Positions 38,531 to 50,812 of a stretch of 64,000 bases of DNA are shown here, piece by piece. The position numbers were made by a program, and so were the translations under genes. The notes beneath the pieces are model-generated. The model ran no database searches, was not told the origin of the DNA, and saw only the letters and a list, made by a program, of their open reading frames with translations. The stretch's first letter is position 1. Each line of letters starts with the position of its first letter. Source of the stretch: Phyllobates terribilis (Eukaryota); the NCBI RefSeq assembly GCF_046119375.1, contig NW_027362773.1, forward strand, positions 117,118,001 through 117,182,000. Direction: 5' to 3'.

Positions 38531-39412
38531 CTTCAGTTTAGGAACAGAATGGTTATTCTTTTAAAATGTCGAAAGTGTTTGACCAAAATCCTCCCCACCA
38601 CTACTACCCTTAAGAAAATTCTTGCAGCTAAGAACAAAAAACTGAATCTGTAAATGCACAAGCTCCAACCTGTTCTGCATGAGTTTTTGTTTTTTGGCCT
38701 ATACTTTAGTATATTTCCCTGGAAATGACACGGTGAAGTGCTGCAACCAGCTGGTTCTTGGGGAAAATTTATGTTGACGTATGATAGGATGTAGTTTCGA
38801 AATCCTGGCACAAGCGCAAATGCTCGACCTGGAACTCCACCTATCATCCTGGGACTTCACAAGGCACCGAATCTGCAAGAATCTAGATAGCATGAAATAT
38901 ATGTATTTGTACACACAGCACGACTACATTATTATACATTCAGGCAATGGGGTCTGTCATATCGGGAATCTGCTTCTTCTGTTATTTTTATTGTTTTTCC
39001 TCCTGTGATGGAGCAGAACAATGGAGATATCCAAGGCTGAAGTCAACAGAGCCTTTTGGCCTCGTTCACACTTGTGTATTTGTTCAGTAATTTGCATTTG
39101 ATTTCTAAACCAAGATCAGGTTTTCAAGCAAAAAAGTGAAGAATAAATGTTTCATTATATTTTTTTATGTTTTTAGATTCACTATTGGTTGAGGGAATGT
39201 TTACATCATGTGGCGCTGTTTCTGGAACATGCAAAAACACATATAAACTTTAAATGCAGTCTTGGCTGAAATATCACAGGATGAAACAGACTACCATTGC
39301 AAGGGTGTGCATTTCATACAGACTACATTCTTCCTGTGCCATAATTTTTGTAAACCTGCTTATTGCACCCTTCCCTTCTCCATAGGAGATAAGGGTTTAA
39401 AGGGAATGTGTT

Positions 39413-39670
39413 GTCTCTGTCTGAGCTCTCCACCCATCAGCCTATGGCAGTTTTAATCACAGCAGGATCCTATCAGCCCATGAGAGAAGTCACATTAGAC
39501 ATCAGCAAATAAGGTCACCTTGCCGTGGTTGCTGGGCACACATGAATTGGCCAATTTGTGTGCTAAGTATCTTCATTTTTTCCTGTTTTCTAGAGCAGTA
39601 ATGTAACTGTAATTTCATATATTTCATGTTTGCATGCTATAACGTCAGAGTGCAGATTTATTTGTTAGTT
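39413..39670 (+). repeat. Dispersed partial copy of the 381-bp repeat X
   Basis: CCATCAGCCTATGGC...TTTCTAGAGCAGTAATG...GAGTGCAGATTTATTTGTTAGTT matches 55784-56168. Confidence 0.85.
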
Positions 39671-40048
39671 GGATGTAGACATTAATATTTACAAAACTGC
39701 TCGTACCGGATCGGTGGCGGATGGTGGACCCCCACTTATCTGATATTGGTAACACATCCTAAGAGAACCCCTTTAACTCTTGATAATAGACTGTGTGATG
39801 AATGTGGACCTGCATGTAAACATCCTGAAAGCATTAACGCTGTCCTAAGGGGATGAACGGCGGAGCCACCACCCCGAGCATTCTATAGGATCACATTACT
39901 GTACGGCCCCATTAGAAGGCGGCATAGACCTGTTCTCTCTCTTGCTTCCCTGTCCCCTCTCCTGCCACGCTCATCCTGATCACCTTCCACTCACTCCCCA
40001 CTCCCACATACTCAGCCTGTGAATCAGGAATCGGATTCTGTTCAGGAG

Positions 40049-40083
40049 TGACATCACAGCTGGTGCTAATATAAAGGCACGTG
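40049..40083 (+). promoter_or_regulatory. Putative LRRN4CL core promoter
   Basis: TGACATCA 40049-40056, E-box CAGCTG 40057-40062, TATAAA 40070-40075, E-box CACGTG 40078-40083. Confidence 0.6.
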
Positions 40084-40099
40084 CAGGGTTTCTCCAGAA

Positions 40100-40162
40100 C
40101 ACACACCGCTGAAAAATCCCAGAAAGTAGATCCCGAAAAGCTGTGAACTGAACTGCAGAAAG
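40100..40162 (+). other. LRRN4CL: Putative non-coding exon 1 of LRRN4CL
   Basis: Starts ~25 nt after the TATA box and ends at a perfect donor AAG|gtaagt. The CDS ATG directly follows an acceptor, so an upstream exon is needed. Confidence 0.65.
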
Positions 40163-41217
40163 GTAAGTGAGACGGGTCACCCTGAAATCCCCATCACCCA
40201 TAAGACAATCTGAAGGAAGGGGTTGTTCTATTGTACTTATTAGCTCTCCTGCTAAAACTATAACTCCCAGCAGATTTTCACAGCCTGAGGCTAGGTATAG
40301 TAGTGTTGACACCCCAGGGTGTAGTTTGTGTTGGCATACTGATTGTGCGTGTGGCGTCTGGTTAGGCATCTCTCCAGCTATCATCAAACTACAACTCCCA
40401 ACATATTTTGATGACCTGAAGCTAGGGATTATAGATTCTGAGCACATTGAGAGCTGTAGTACAAGTCTTGGTATTCTTAACCCTCTCCGTTATAGACAAT
40501 CTATTACATCAGTGGCGTAACGTAAAGCTTGTGGACCCCCAACTATCCCAGGTCTTTAATAGTACTGTTCTCATATGGGCCATTTTGGCCCCCCCTCAAC
40601 CCACCAGGGATTTGGTGCGACTGCAACTCCTGCATTACACCCTGTATAGCCAGTAAAGCATGCAGGTTGCATTACTACTAGGTGAATGAAAATTGTGCTA
40701 CCATAAATCATGGTAATCTTTGTAATATTGCTATGTATCAGATGTAGCAGAGCTGAATTAAAGAGATTATCTGGTGAAACCAATTTCCAAGGAAAAGTGA
40801 TAACTTATTGATCGTTGTGATTCAGACTGTTTGGACCCGCACTTATCAGCTGAACAGGGAACTTTTATCCCCATTAAAATAAGCATATTTGACTGCCGCT
40901 CCATTCGTTCTCTACAGAGCTGCACTTTTTTTTTTTTTTTTTAGCAGCCCCATAGAGAATGAATGGAGCAGCAGTCAGACGTCCAACCCGCCTCTCCATT
41001 TTGCAGCGGGTATAAAAGTTACCCAATCCGATCTAAAGGAAATATGTCAGCAGGTTTTGTTATGCAATCTGAGAGCAGCACAATGTAGGGGCTGAGACTC
41101 TGATTCCAGCGATTTATCACTTGCTGGGCTGCTTGCTGTCCTTTTGATAAGATCACAGTTTTCTCTGCTGCAGATCTAGCAGAGCTCAGAATGCTGAGTC
41201 CTTTAAATATCTACTTC

Positions 41218-42615
41218 CAGTGAGAAATAAGTATTTGATCCCCTACAAACCATTATGAGTTCTGGTTGAGACCAGTTAGACGCTCCTAATCAACTCGTTA
41301 CCTGCATTAAAGACACCTGTCTTACATAGTCACCTGTATAAAAGACTCCTGTCCAGACTCAATTAATCAGTCAGACTCTAACCTCTACAACATGGGTAAG
41401 ACCAAAGTGCTTTCTAAGGATGTCAGGGACAAGATCATAGATCTGCACAAAGTTGGAATGGGCTACAAAACCATAAGTAAGACGCTGGGTGAGAAGGAGA
41501 CAACTGTTGGGGCAATAGTAAGAAATTGGAAGAAATACAAAATGACTGTCAATCAACATCTTTCTGGGGCAACATGCAAAATCTCACCTCGTGGGGTATC
41601 CTTGATCATGAAGAAGGTGAGAGATCGGCCTAAAACTAAACGGGGGGAACTTGTTAATGATCTCAAGGCAGCTGGGACCACAGTCACCAAGAAAACCATT
41701 GGTAACAGATTACACCTTAAAGGTTTAAAATCCTGCGGTGCCCACTAGGCCCCCCTGCTCAAGAAGGCACATGTGCAGGCCCGTCTGACGTTTGCCAATG
41801 AACACCTGGATGATTCTGTGAGTTATTGGGAGAAGGTGCTGTGGTCAGAGGAGACAAAAATTGAGCTCTTTGGCAGAAGGATGAGTACAACCCTAAGAAC
41901 ATCATCCCAACCCTGAAGCATGATGGGGGAAGCATTATACTTTGGGGGTGCTTTTCTGCAAAGGGGACATGATGACTGCACCTTACTGAAGGGAAGATGG
42001 ATGGGGTCATGTATCGCTAGATTTTGGCCAACAACCTCCTTCCCTCAGTAAGAGCATTGAAGATGGGTCGTGGCTGGGTCTTCCAGCAAGACAATGACAC
42101 AAAACATACAACCAAGGCAACAAAGGAGTGGCTCAAAAAGAAGCACATTAAGGTCATGGAGTGGCCTAGCCAGTCTCCAGACCTTAATCCCATAGAAAAC
42201 TTATGGAGGGAGGTGAAGCTCCGAGTTTCCAAGCGACAGCCTCAAAATCTGAATGATTTAGAGATGATCTGCAAGGAGGAGTGGACCAAAATTCCTCCTG
42301 ACATGTGCGCAACCCTCATCATCAACTACAAAAAACGTCTGACTGCTGTGCTTGCCAACAAGGGTTTTGCCACCAAGTATTAAGTGTAGTTTGCCAGAGG
42401 GATCAAATACTTAATTCTCACTGGAAAATGCTAATAAATGTATCTAATTTATACAATGTGATTTTCTTGATTTTTTTTTTTTGGGGGGGGGGGGGGGATA
42501 TTCTATCTCTCAATGTTAAAATTAACCTTCCCTTAAAATTATAGACTGTTCATGTCTTTGTCAGTGGGCAAACTTACAAAAACAGCAAGGGATCAAATAC
42601 TTATTTCCCCCACTG
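41218..42615 (+). mobile_element. Degenerate Tc1 element in the LRRN4CL intron; outer left TIR lost
   Basis: ORFs 41392..41748 ([16 protein letters not shown]) and 42024..42383 (QQDNDTKH...[11 protein letters not shown]...GFATKY); right end CACTG-TA. Confidence 0.92.
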
Positions 42616-43407
42616 TACATATGTTGTTTCCTTAAACAATAGAAAGGTAAAATCTAAAATAAGCTCCATTAGCCAGTGTGAGAATTGAAAGACTTTTAAT
42701 TTGACATGTTAAAAAAAAAAGAACATTGCAAAATTTATATTAAAAAAATACTCAAAAACTTGATTTAAACAATAAGTAATTTTCTAATGACACATTCCCT
42801 TTAAATGTGCATGCATAAAAGCCATGTAATACATTCTTTTTACAATGAGACACTCAGCTCTGCTACATCTGTATCTGCTTTTCTTGCAAGAAAATTTTTG
42901 TACATTTTTAAGTCGACAAAACAAGAAATGCCTGTGGTTTGTCCTGACATGTTACTGCACAATAAGAGCAAATAGGAAATTAGTGAAATAAGGTGACATA
43001 TCTGCAATACTGATAGGAACAGTGATCCTGTAACTGCAGGGTTGCCAACTTGATTTTTTATTTTTTTCTGGATAACGTGCCCAAGAGTAACGGACAGACA
43101 TTTTCTACTGACAAGTTACAGTCATTCTCCAGCTTAAAAAAAATCCATCAGCAGTTAATAAAATTTACAAGACCGAATCACATTTTATATGGGTTGTCCA
43201 TGTGGGACCTGATTTTTTTTTTTATCGCCCTCCTCACTGCACTTTTGCTCCGTTGCACTAGAATAGAAATGCGAGGCATAAAAATAATACCAATAATAAT
43301 AACTTTTTCTATTTTTTTTTCCTATTTCTTGCCACTCTCACTTTACCGATTCCCTTTATTATTTTCTTTTTTTTTTCCTCTGAATTTTTTTATTTTTCTG
43401 CCTCCAG

Positions 43408-44259
43408 ATGGCACCATCACCTTTCCTATTGCTTCTTCTGCCTTTCTTAGTTTTTACAACAGGCTCAGCCCAAGAAGACGGAAACTCCAACAACTCCACC
43501 CTTGCTCCAATCTCAGGCATAAACCAAACATCTGTCACCCTTCGTCCCACCCAGAAGGATCGAAGCACAAGGGACAGGATTGAGTTCATCGTAGGAGGAT
43601 CAGAGGAAGAATACGATTACGGAGATGAAGAGACAACAGTTGCTCCTACCTCACCTCTTACTAAACTTTCCTGCCAGTACGACGGGTGTAAGCATCTGGA
43701 GCCCACATGCGAGGAGATTCAATGGCATGCAGGTGGGAAATGTCTTTGCCCAGGAATTGATGGTCCAGAAATGATTCCCGATTCTCCCCCTGTTAGAGAA
43801 GTCCTGCTTGGTGAGACCCAAATGACCATAAACTGGTGTTCCCCTTCATCCACGGTACGTGGGTACAGAGTGCTGTATGGAAAGCAAGGGGGCTCACTGG
43901 AAAAGGGACCGGACCTCAACAGCTCTTTCCGATCATATACCATTGACCATCTTGATCCTGCTTATCCGTATACAGTGTGTGTGGTGGCATTTAATGAGGC
44001 AGGAGAAAGCCAAGCCCAGGAGGAAGACGACAGACCAGCCGGAAGTAGACCAGGTCCATGCAGGACTGTCCAAACCACCATGCAATCACTATATATAGGA
44101 ATTGGGATAGGGCTGGCAGCGCTCGCGGGATTGTCGATTATTTTGGGCTTCTGTCTTTGGACAAGAAAGAGAAACAGGACCAAGAGGGAAGCCAACCTGG
44201 AGGAAAGTGGAGTACCAAACTACACCTATCGGGCAGGGAGCGTAGGCAGTTACGAGTAG
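43408..44259 (+). CDS. LRRN4CL: LRRN4 C-terminal-like protein: signal peptide, Cys-rich motif, FN3 domain, single TM, short tail; 283 aa
   Basis: Intact ORF with CQYDGCKHLEPTC...CLCPG, FN3 (INWCSP...GYRVLY...YTVCVVAFNEAG) and TM (LYIGIGIGLAALAGLSIILGFCLW). It lies downstream of BSCL2 on the same strand, as in human. Confidence 0.9.
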   Translation: MAPSPFLLLLLPFLVFTTGSAQEDGNSNNSTLAPISGINQTSVTLRPTQKDRSTRDRIEFIVGGSEEEYDYGDEETTVAPTSPLTKLSCQYDGCKHLEPTCEEIQWHAGGKCLCPGIDGPEMIPDSPPVREVLLGETQMTINWCSPSSTVRGYRVLYGKQGGSLEKGPDLNSSFRSYTIDHLDPAYPYTVCVVAFNEAGESQAQEEDDRPAGSRPGPCRTVQTTMQSLYIGIGIGLAALAGLSIILGFCLWTRKRNRTKREANLEESGVPNYTYRAGSVGSYE

Positions 44260-44350
44260 TCCTAGAGTCTACCAGGAGAGCGCGAGGTTTCATATTGATG
44301 AATGTGACGATATGTGGCTGCAAGAAATGTAATGTTGTGATATTTATTGT

Positions 44351-44356
44351 AATAAA
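44351..44356 (+). terminator. Polyadenylation signal AATAAA (LRRN4CL)
   Basis: AATAAA 92 nt after the stop codon in an AT-rich context. Confidence 0.6.
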
Positions 44357-46204
44357 ATATATTTTTATATCATTCCATACCATTATCATATAATTACAAA
44401 AGAAGACTTTGACACTTCGGGTTTACTAAGGAGAACGCATCACATAGCGGAACTAGTCGTGTTCAGAAGACATAAGGGAAAAATGACTTGGATCTTTGGT
44501 TTAATGCTGACATGGGTGACTGATTGTAAATGGTCAAGACCACTAAGGCCACATGCATACGTTTAGTATTTGGTGAGTTTTTTACCTCCAGAATTTGTAA
44601 GCAGGAATAGACTGGGACAGAAATTTAGCCCTGCCATTTGAAAGCACACAGACCCATGCAGTCCCCATCCCCAAGCACCAGATGGAGATATATTACTAAT
44701 ATTACCCTACCTGGGGGAAATCAAGATTGTCCACCCAACAGCCCCTTATATACTATGATGGTCCCCTATAGCCCCCCAAAATTAAAACAAAAATCTTTAT
44801 ACTCACCCATTCCAGACACCTTGTCCTCCTCAGCATCTGTCTCCTCTTCTATCTATTCTCGCAGTGGACGCTGGTGGTGCGATGTGATGTCATTGCACAG
44901 CCGACGTCCCCTGCTTAGCAGGCCACGAACAGAGAGGAAGCCGGCGACCTGCCGGGATAAATGATTGATCTGGCGGCTTTGTACACCATCACAACTGTTA
45001 ACAGTATAGGCCAACGACCGGACAGGCCCTCCTGGCATTTGCCAGAATTGACAGATGGCCAGTCCGGTCCTGTTTGTAAGCCAAAACCACGAGTGGAACA
45101 ATCAGAAGAAAAGTATAATAGAAACACGTCACCACTTCTGTATTTATCACCCACTCCTGGTTTTGGCTTACAAATAACAAGTAACAGACCAGGTTCAGAT
45201 GAGCGTATGCCAAATTGTCCATTTTTCATCCAGAAAAAAAACCAGATGATTTTCCATCCGTGTGCCCCCTTCGTACAGCCGTATGGTTTTTATAGGAACA
45301 ATTTAATAATTTTAAAACTAAATTTGGCTTTTTGTTATATTAAAAATTGTAATGGATCCATGAAAATCACATGACATATGGATGGTAACCTGTACCTGAT
45401 CCGTTTTTTTACGCACTGATAATAGACGAGTCTGATCCGAAACAGAGATCAAAATAGTGTACTCTGCGATTTTATACACACAGATCATCGGTCCGTGTGT
45501 AATAATGTTCATGTGAACTACCACATTGACTTGCATCAGTCACTGTCCTGTCTGTATGATATCAGTTTGGCATACGGATGGCACACGGAAGTTTAATACG
45601 CTTGTCTGAATGAGCCCTAATGGGGATGTTGAGATGGAGAAGGCATCAAACAGCATGTCTCATGAGAGACATGCACTGATCTCCAGAACGGGACTCCCCT
45701 ATTCCGGCTGGCATCGGACCCCCAGTGAGTGGCAGAGCATATTCTACGGTAGAAAGGCTCCATATAGCTCACGTTATGCTTTAGGGCTTCAGAGAATCAC
45801 TGGATATCCATCACAAACAGGTCCCAACACTAAGGTCTTATGTACTTGATCGTGCTATCTGCTGCTGTGTACAGAGCCCGTTCAAGTGCACATGGTTCTG
45901 ATGGAATAGTGAAGGCTGCAGCTGATTGACTGCAGTGGTCACGTGACAAAAGAATGCCACATGACCGTCGGGAAAGATAGCACCAACGTTACTTGAATGG
46001 AGCCGCTTTCCAAGGTAAATGTTTTTTTTTTATTGTATGCAGGGCACTTTAACAGTTAAGAAGGGGTGGTCTTGTAGTGGACGATCTCTTAAATGCATCA
46101 CTACTTTAGCACAAGACAATAACTTAAATGTATATACACATATACATACATTATATGTACAGCGGGTGAAATAAGTATTGAACATGTCACCAATTTTCTA
46201 AGTA

Positions 46205-47099
46205 CTGTATTTTTTGGACTATAAGACGCACCGGATCATAAGACGCACACCAAATTTTGGGGTGGAAAATAGGAAAAAATTATTTTTTATAAGATGGGGG
46301 TCCGTCTTATAGTTTGAATAGGAATTTTACCTGAAGGGGGGGGGCGGTGGAGCTGGGGTCACAGGAGGCAGGGTCCTTCAGGAAGACTGCCGGAGTGGAG
46401 GCATACTGGTACCTGGGGGCCTGACACCTGGTGCCCTGGTGCTGGTGGCCTGGTGCCTCGTACCTGGGGTGCTTGTGGCCTGGGCCCTGGCGCAGGGGTG
46501 CTGGTGGCCTGGTGCCCTGGTGCTGGTGGCGGGTACCTGGGGTGCTGGGGGCCGGGGTTGCTGATGGTCTGGTACATGGGGTGCTGTTGGCCTGGTGCCC
46601 TGATGCTAGTGGCCAGGTGCCTGGTACCTGGGGTGCTGGTGCCCTTGTGCTAGTGGCCAGGTGCCTGGTACCTGGGGTGCTGTTGGCCTGGTACCTGGGC
46701 TGCTGTGGGCCTGGTGCCGGTGCCAGTGTCTTGCTGTGAGTGGAGTGGCAGAGCAGAGTGAGCGGCTTCCAGATTTACAGGAAAATGGTTGCCGGCACAG
46801 AAGAATGTATGCGCCGGCTCCGGCAGCCATTTTCCTGTAGATCACAGCTTCAGGAACATGGCTGTGGCCACCGGAAAGCCGCTCACTCTGCTCTGCCTCA
46901 CAGCCAGACACCGGCCTCGGTACCCGGCCAGGCCCGGCACCCAGCCAGATACTGGCCTGCCTGATCCTCTTCTTCTGCTACCGCCCTGCGATCCCGCTCC
47001 ACCACCACCGGTAAGTTGCATTCGGACCATAAGACGCATCCCCCATTTTCCTCCCAAATTTGGGGATAAAAAGTGCGTCTTATGGTCTGAAAAATACTG
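46205..47099. mobile_element. pogo/Tigger-like MITE inserted in the Tc1 TIR
   Basis: TA duplication (46203-46204, 47100-47101); removing it restores TTTTCTAAG-TA-AATATATTTC. Confidence 0.85.
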
Positions 47100-47924
47100 T
47101 AAATATATTTCTTAAGGTGCTATTGACATGAAATTCTCACCAGATGTCAATATCGACCCATCCAATCCACACAGGCAAAGAAATCATCCATAATGTCCAT
47201 AAATTATGTATAATAATGAGAAATGACTCAGGAAAAAAGTATTGAACATGCTTACTGCAATTTATTTAGTACTTTGTACAAAAGCCTTTGTTGGTAATGA
47301 GGCTTCAAGAGGCCTCCTGTATGGAGAAACTAGTCGCAGGCATTGCTCAGGTGTGATTTTGTCCCAGTCTTCCACACAAACACTCTTCCACATCCTGAAT
47401 GTTCCGTGGGCTCCTTCTAGGAACTCTGAGCTTTAGTTCCCTCCATAAATTTTCTATTGGATTCAGGTCAGGTGATCGGCTCGGCCATTCTAGCAGCTTT
47501 GCTTTCTTTCTCTGAAACCAAGTGAAAGTTTCCTTGTCTGTTTGTTTGGCATCATTGTCTTGCTGACATGTTCACTCTCATTTCATCTTCATCATCCTGG
47601 TAGATGGCAGCAGATATTTATCAAGAATGTCCATACATTTGGCCATTCATCCTTCCTTCAATTACATGAAGTTTGCCATATGCTAAAAAACAGCCCCACA
47701 ACCTGATGTTCCCACCTCCAAATTTCACTGTTGGTATGGTGTTTTTGAGGTGATATGCAGAACCTTTTGGCCTCCAAACATATTGTGTATTATGGCAAAC
47801 AAATAGTTAAATTTTGGTCTCATCTGACCAGACTATATTCTCTCAGTATTTCACAGACTTGTCTAAATGCTGTTGAGCAAACTGTAAATGTGCTTGAACA
47901 TGCATTTTGTTCAGCAATTGAGTC

Positions 47925-50270
47925 TTGCACGGTGAGCGTGCATACAGGCCATGGAGGTTGTATGATGAGCGTGCATACAGGCCATGGAGGTTGTGTGGTG
48001 AGCGTGCCTACAGGCCATGGAGGTTGTGTTGTGACCATGCATACAGGCCATGGAGGTTGTGTGATGAGAGTGCATACAGGCCATGGAGGTTATGTGATGA
48101 GCTTGTATACAGGCCATGGAGGTTGTGTTGTGACCATGCATACAGGCCATAGAGGTTGTGTGGTGAGCGTGCATACAGGCCATAGAGGTTGTGTGATGAG
48201 CGTGCATACAGGCCATGGAGGTTGTGTGGTGAGCATGCATACAGGCCATGGAGGTTGTGTGATGAGCGTGCATACAGGCCATGGAGGTTGTGTGGTGAGC
48301 ATGCATACAGGCCATGGAGGTTATGTGGTGAGCGTGCATACAGGCCATGGAGGTTGTGTGATGAGCGTGCATACAGGCCATGGAGGTTGTGTGATGAGCG
48401 TGCATACAGGCCATGGAGGTTATGTGGTGAGCGTGCATACAGGCCATGGAGGTTATGTGGTGAGCGTACATACAGGCAATGGAGGTTGTGTGATGAGCAT
48501 GCATACAGGCCATGGAGGTTGCGGGGTGAGCGTACATACAGGCAATGGAGGTTGTGTGATGAGCGTACATATAGGCAATGGAGGTTGTGTGGTGAGTGTG
48601 TATACAGGCCAAGGAGGTTGTGTGATGAGCGTGCATACAGGCCATGGAGGTTGTGTGGTGAGCATGCATACAGGCCATGGAGGTTGTGTGATGAGCGTGC
48701 ATACAGGCCATGGAGGTTGTGTGGTGAGCATGCATACAGGCCATGGAGGTTATGTGGTGAGCGTGCATACAGGCCATGGAGGTTGTGTGATGAGCGTGCA
48801 TACAGGCCATGGAGGTTGTGTGATGAGCGTGCATACAGGCCATGGAGGTTATGTGGTGAGCGTGCATACAGGCCATGGAGGTTATGTGGTGAGCGTACAT
48901 ACAGGCAATGGAGGTTGTGTGATGAGCATGCATACAGGCCATGGAGGTTGCGGGGTGAGCGTACATACAGGCAATGGAGGTTGTGTGATGAGCGTACATA
49001 TAGGCAATGGAGGTTGTGTGGTGAGTGTGTATACAGGCCAAGGAGGTTGTGTGATGAGCGTGCATACAGGCCATAGAGGTTGTGTGATGAGCGTGCATAC
49101 AGGCCATGGAGGTTGTGTGGTGAGCATGCATACAGGCCATGGAGGTTGTGTGATGAGCGTGCATACAGGCCATGGAGGTTGTGTGGTGAGCATGCATACA
49201 GGCCATGGAGGTTATGTGGTGAGCGTGCATACAGGCCATGGAGGTTGTGTGATGAGCGTGCATACAGGCCATGGAGGTTGTGTGATGAGCGTGCATACAG
49301 GCCATGGAGGTTATGTGGTGAGCGTGCATACAGGCCATGGAGGTTATGTGGTGAGCGTACATACAGGCAATGGAGGTTGTGTGATGAGCATGCATACAGG
49401 CCATGGAGGTTGCGGGGTGAGCGTACATACAGGCAATGGAGGTTGTGTGATGAGCGTACATATAGGCAATGGAGGTTGTGTGGTGAGTGTGTATACAGGC
49501 CAAGGAGGTTGTGTGATGAGCGTGCATACAGGCCATGGAGGTTGTGTGGTGAGTGTGTATACAGGCCAAGGAGGTTGTGTGATGAGCGTGCATACAGGCC
49601 ATGGAGGTTGTGTGGTGAGCATGCATACAGGCCATGGAGGTTGTGTGGTGAGCGTGCATACAGGCCATGGAGGTTGTGTGGTGAGTGTGTATACAGGCCA
49701 AGGAGGTTGTGTGATGAGCGTGCATACAGGCCATGGAGGTTGTGTGGTGAGTGTGTATACAGGCCATGGAGGTTGTGTGATGAGCTTGCATACAGGCCAT
49801 GGAGGTTGTGTGGTGAGCATGCATACAGGCCATGGAGGTTGTGTGGTGAGCGTGCATACAGGCCATGGAGGTTGTGTGGTGAGTGTGTATACAGGCCAAG
49901 GAGGTTGTGTGATGAGCGTGCATACAGGCCATGGAGGTTGTGTGATGAGCTAGCATACAGGCCATGAAGGTTGTGTGGTGAGCGTGCATACAGGCCATGG
50001 AGGTTGTGTGGTGAGCGTGTAAACAGGCCATGGAGGTTGTGGTGTGAGCGTGCAAACAGGCCATAGAGGTTGTGTGGTGAGCGTGCATACAGGCCATGGA
50101 GGTTGCGGGGTGAGCGTGCATACAGGCCATGGAGGTTGCGGGGTGAGCGTACATACAGGCCATGGAGGCTGCGGGGTGAGCGTACATACAGGCCATGGAG
50201 GTTGCGGGGTGAGCGTACATACAGGCCATGGAGGTTGCGGGGTGAGTGTGCATACAGGCCATGGAGGTTG
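47925..50270. repeat. 33-bp minisatellite (TTGTGTGGTGAGCGTGCATACAGGCCATGGAGG)n, ~71 copies
   Basis: Unit read directly; all ORFs across it show 11-aa periodicity. Confidence 0.97.
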
Positions 50271-50395
50271 AGTGCATTACTTATAGTTTTCTTTGAACAA
50301 TTGTACCTGCTGATTCCATGTCTCTCTGTAACTCTTGAGAGGTGGTCCTTGGCTCTTGGACCACTCTTCTGATAATTCATTTAACTCCTCTGTCT

Positions 50396-50812
50396 CAGGG
50401 ACAGTGTCAAAGGTCACCACTTTGACTCCTTCAGAGCAGGAATGAATGTGTCACATGGATTTACTGTATGTCATTCTACATCAACTAAGGAATGTGACCA
50501 TCAGACTTGTGGGGTCATCACAACACTGCACCAAACAATAAAACTTTCACAGTCCTTATCTATGAACTGCTAAAATATTTACAGCCAGAAATGTTTATCT
50601 CTCCCATAGTAATAGCTCTGCTTTTCATCACCTGTCTCATCTATTGCATTATTTCTGTGCCATATTGTGTATAAATATGTGACTCTTCAGATTTGGGGTT
50701 ATACTAGCCTGATGAAGAGGCCTGAGTAGTCTCGAAAGCTTGCAAAATGTTACCATCTTTCAGTTAGCCATTAAAAGGTATCAACCACTGAGGACTCTCA
50801 AATCGAAATATT
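50396..50812 (+). mobile_element. 3' end of a Penelope-like retroelement with a hammerhead
   Basis: FDSFRAGMNVSHGF (50421-50462) resembles the C-terminus of a PLE GIY-YIG endonuclease; ~15-bp flanking duplication (50381-50395 vs 50813-50827, 13/15 match). Confidence 0.7.
50705..50745 (+). ncRNA. Minimal type I hammerhead ribozyme motif
   Basis: TAGC CTGATGA A GAGGC CTGAGTA GTCTC GAAA GCT T GCAA: intact core, 5-bp stem II, palindromic AGCT stem III. Confidence 0.7.

Noticed and set aside
47755-50277. 732-aa and 788-aa His/Cys/Gly-rich ORFs and the 295-aa ORFs
   Set aside because: By-products of a 33-bp (multiple of 3) minisatellite with few stops; no promoter, splice or homology support.
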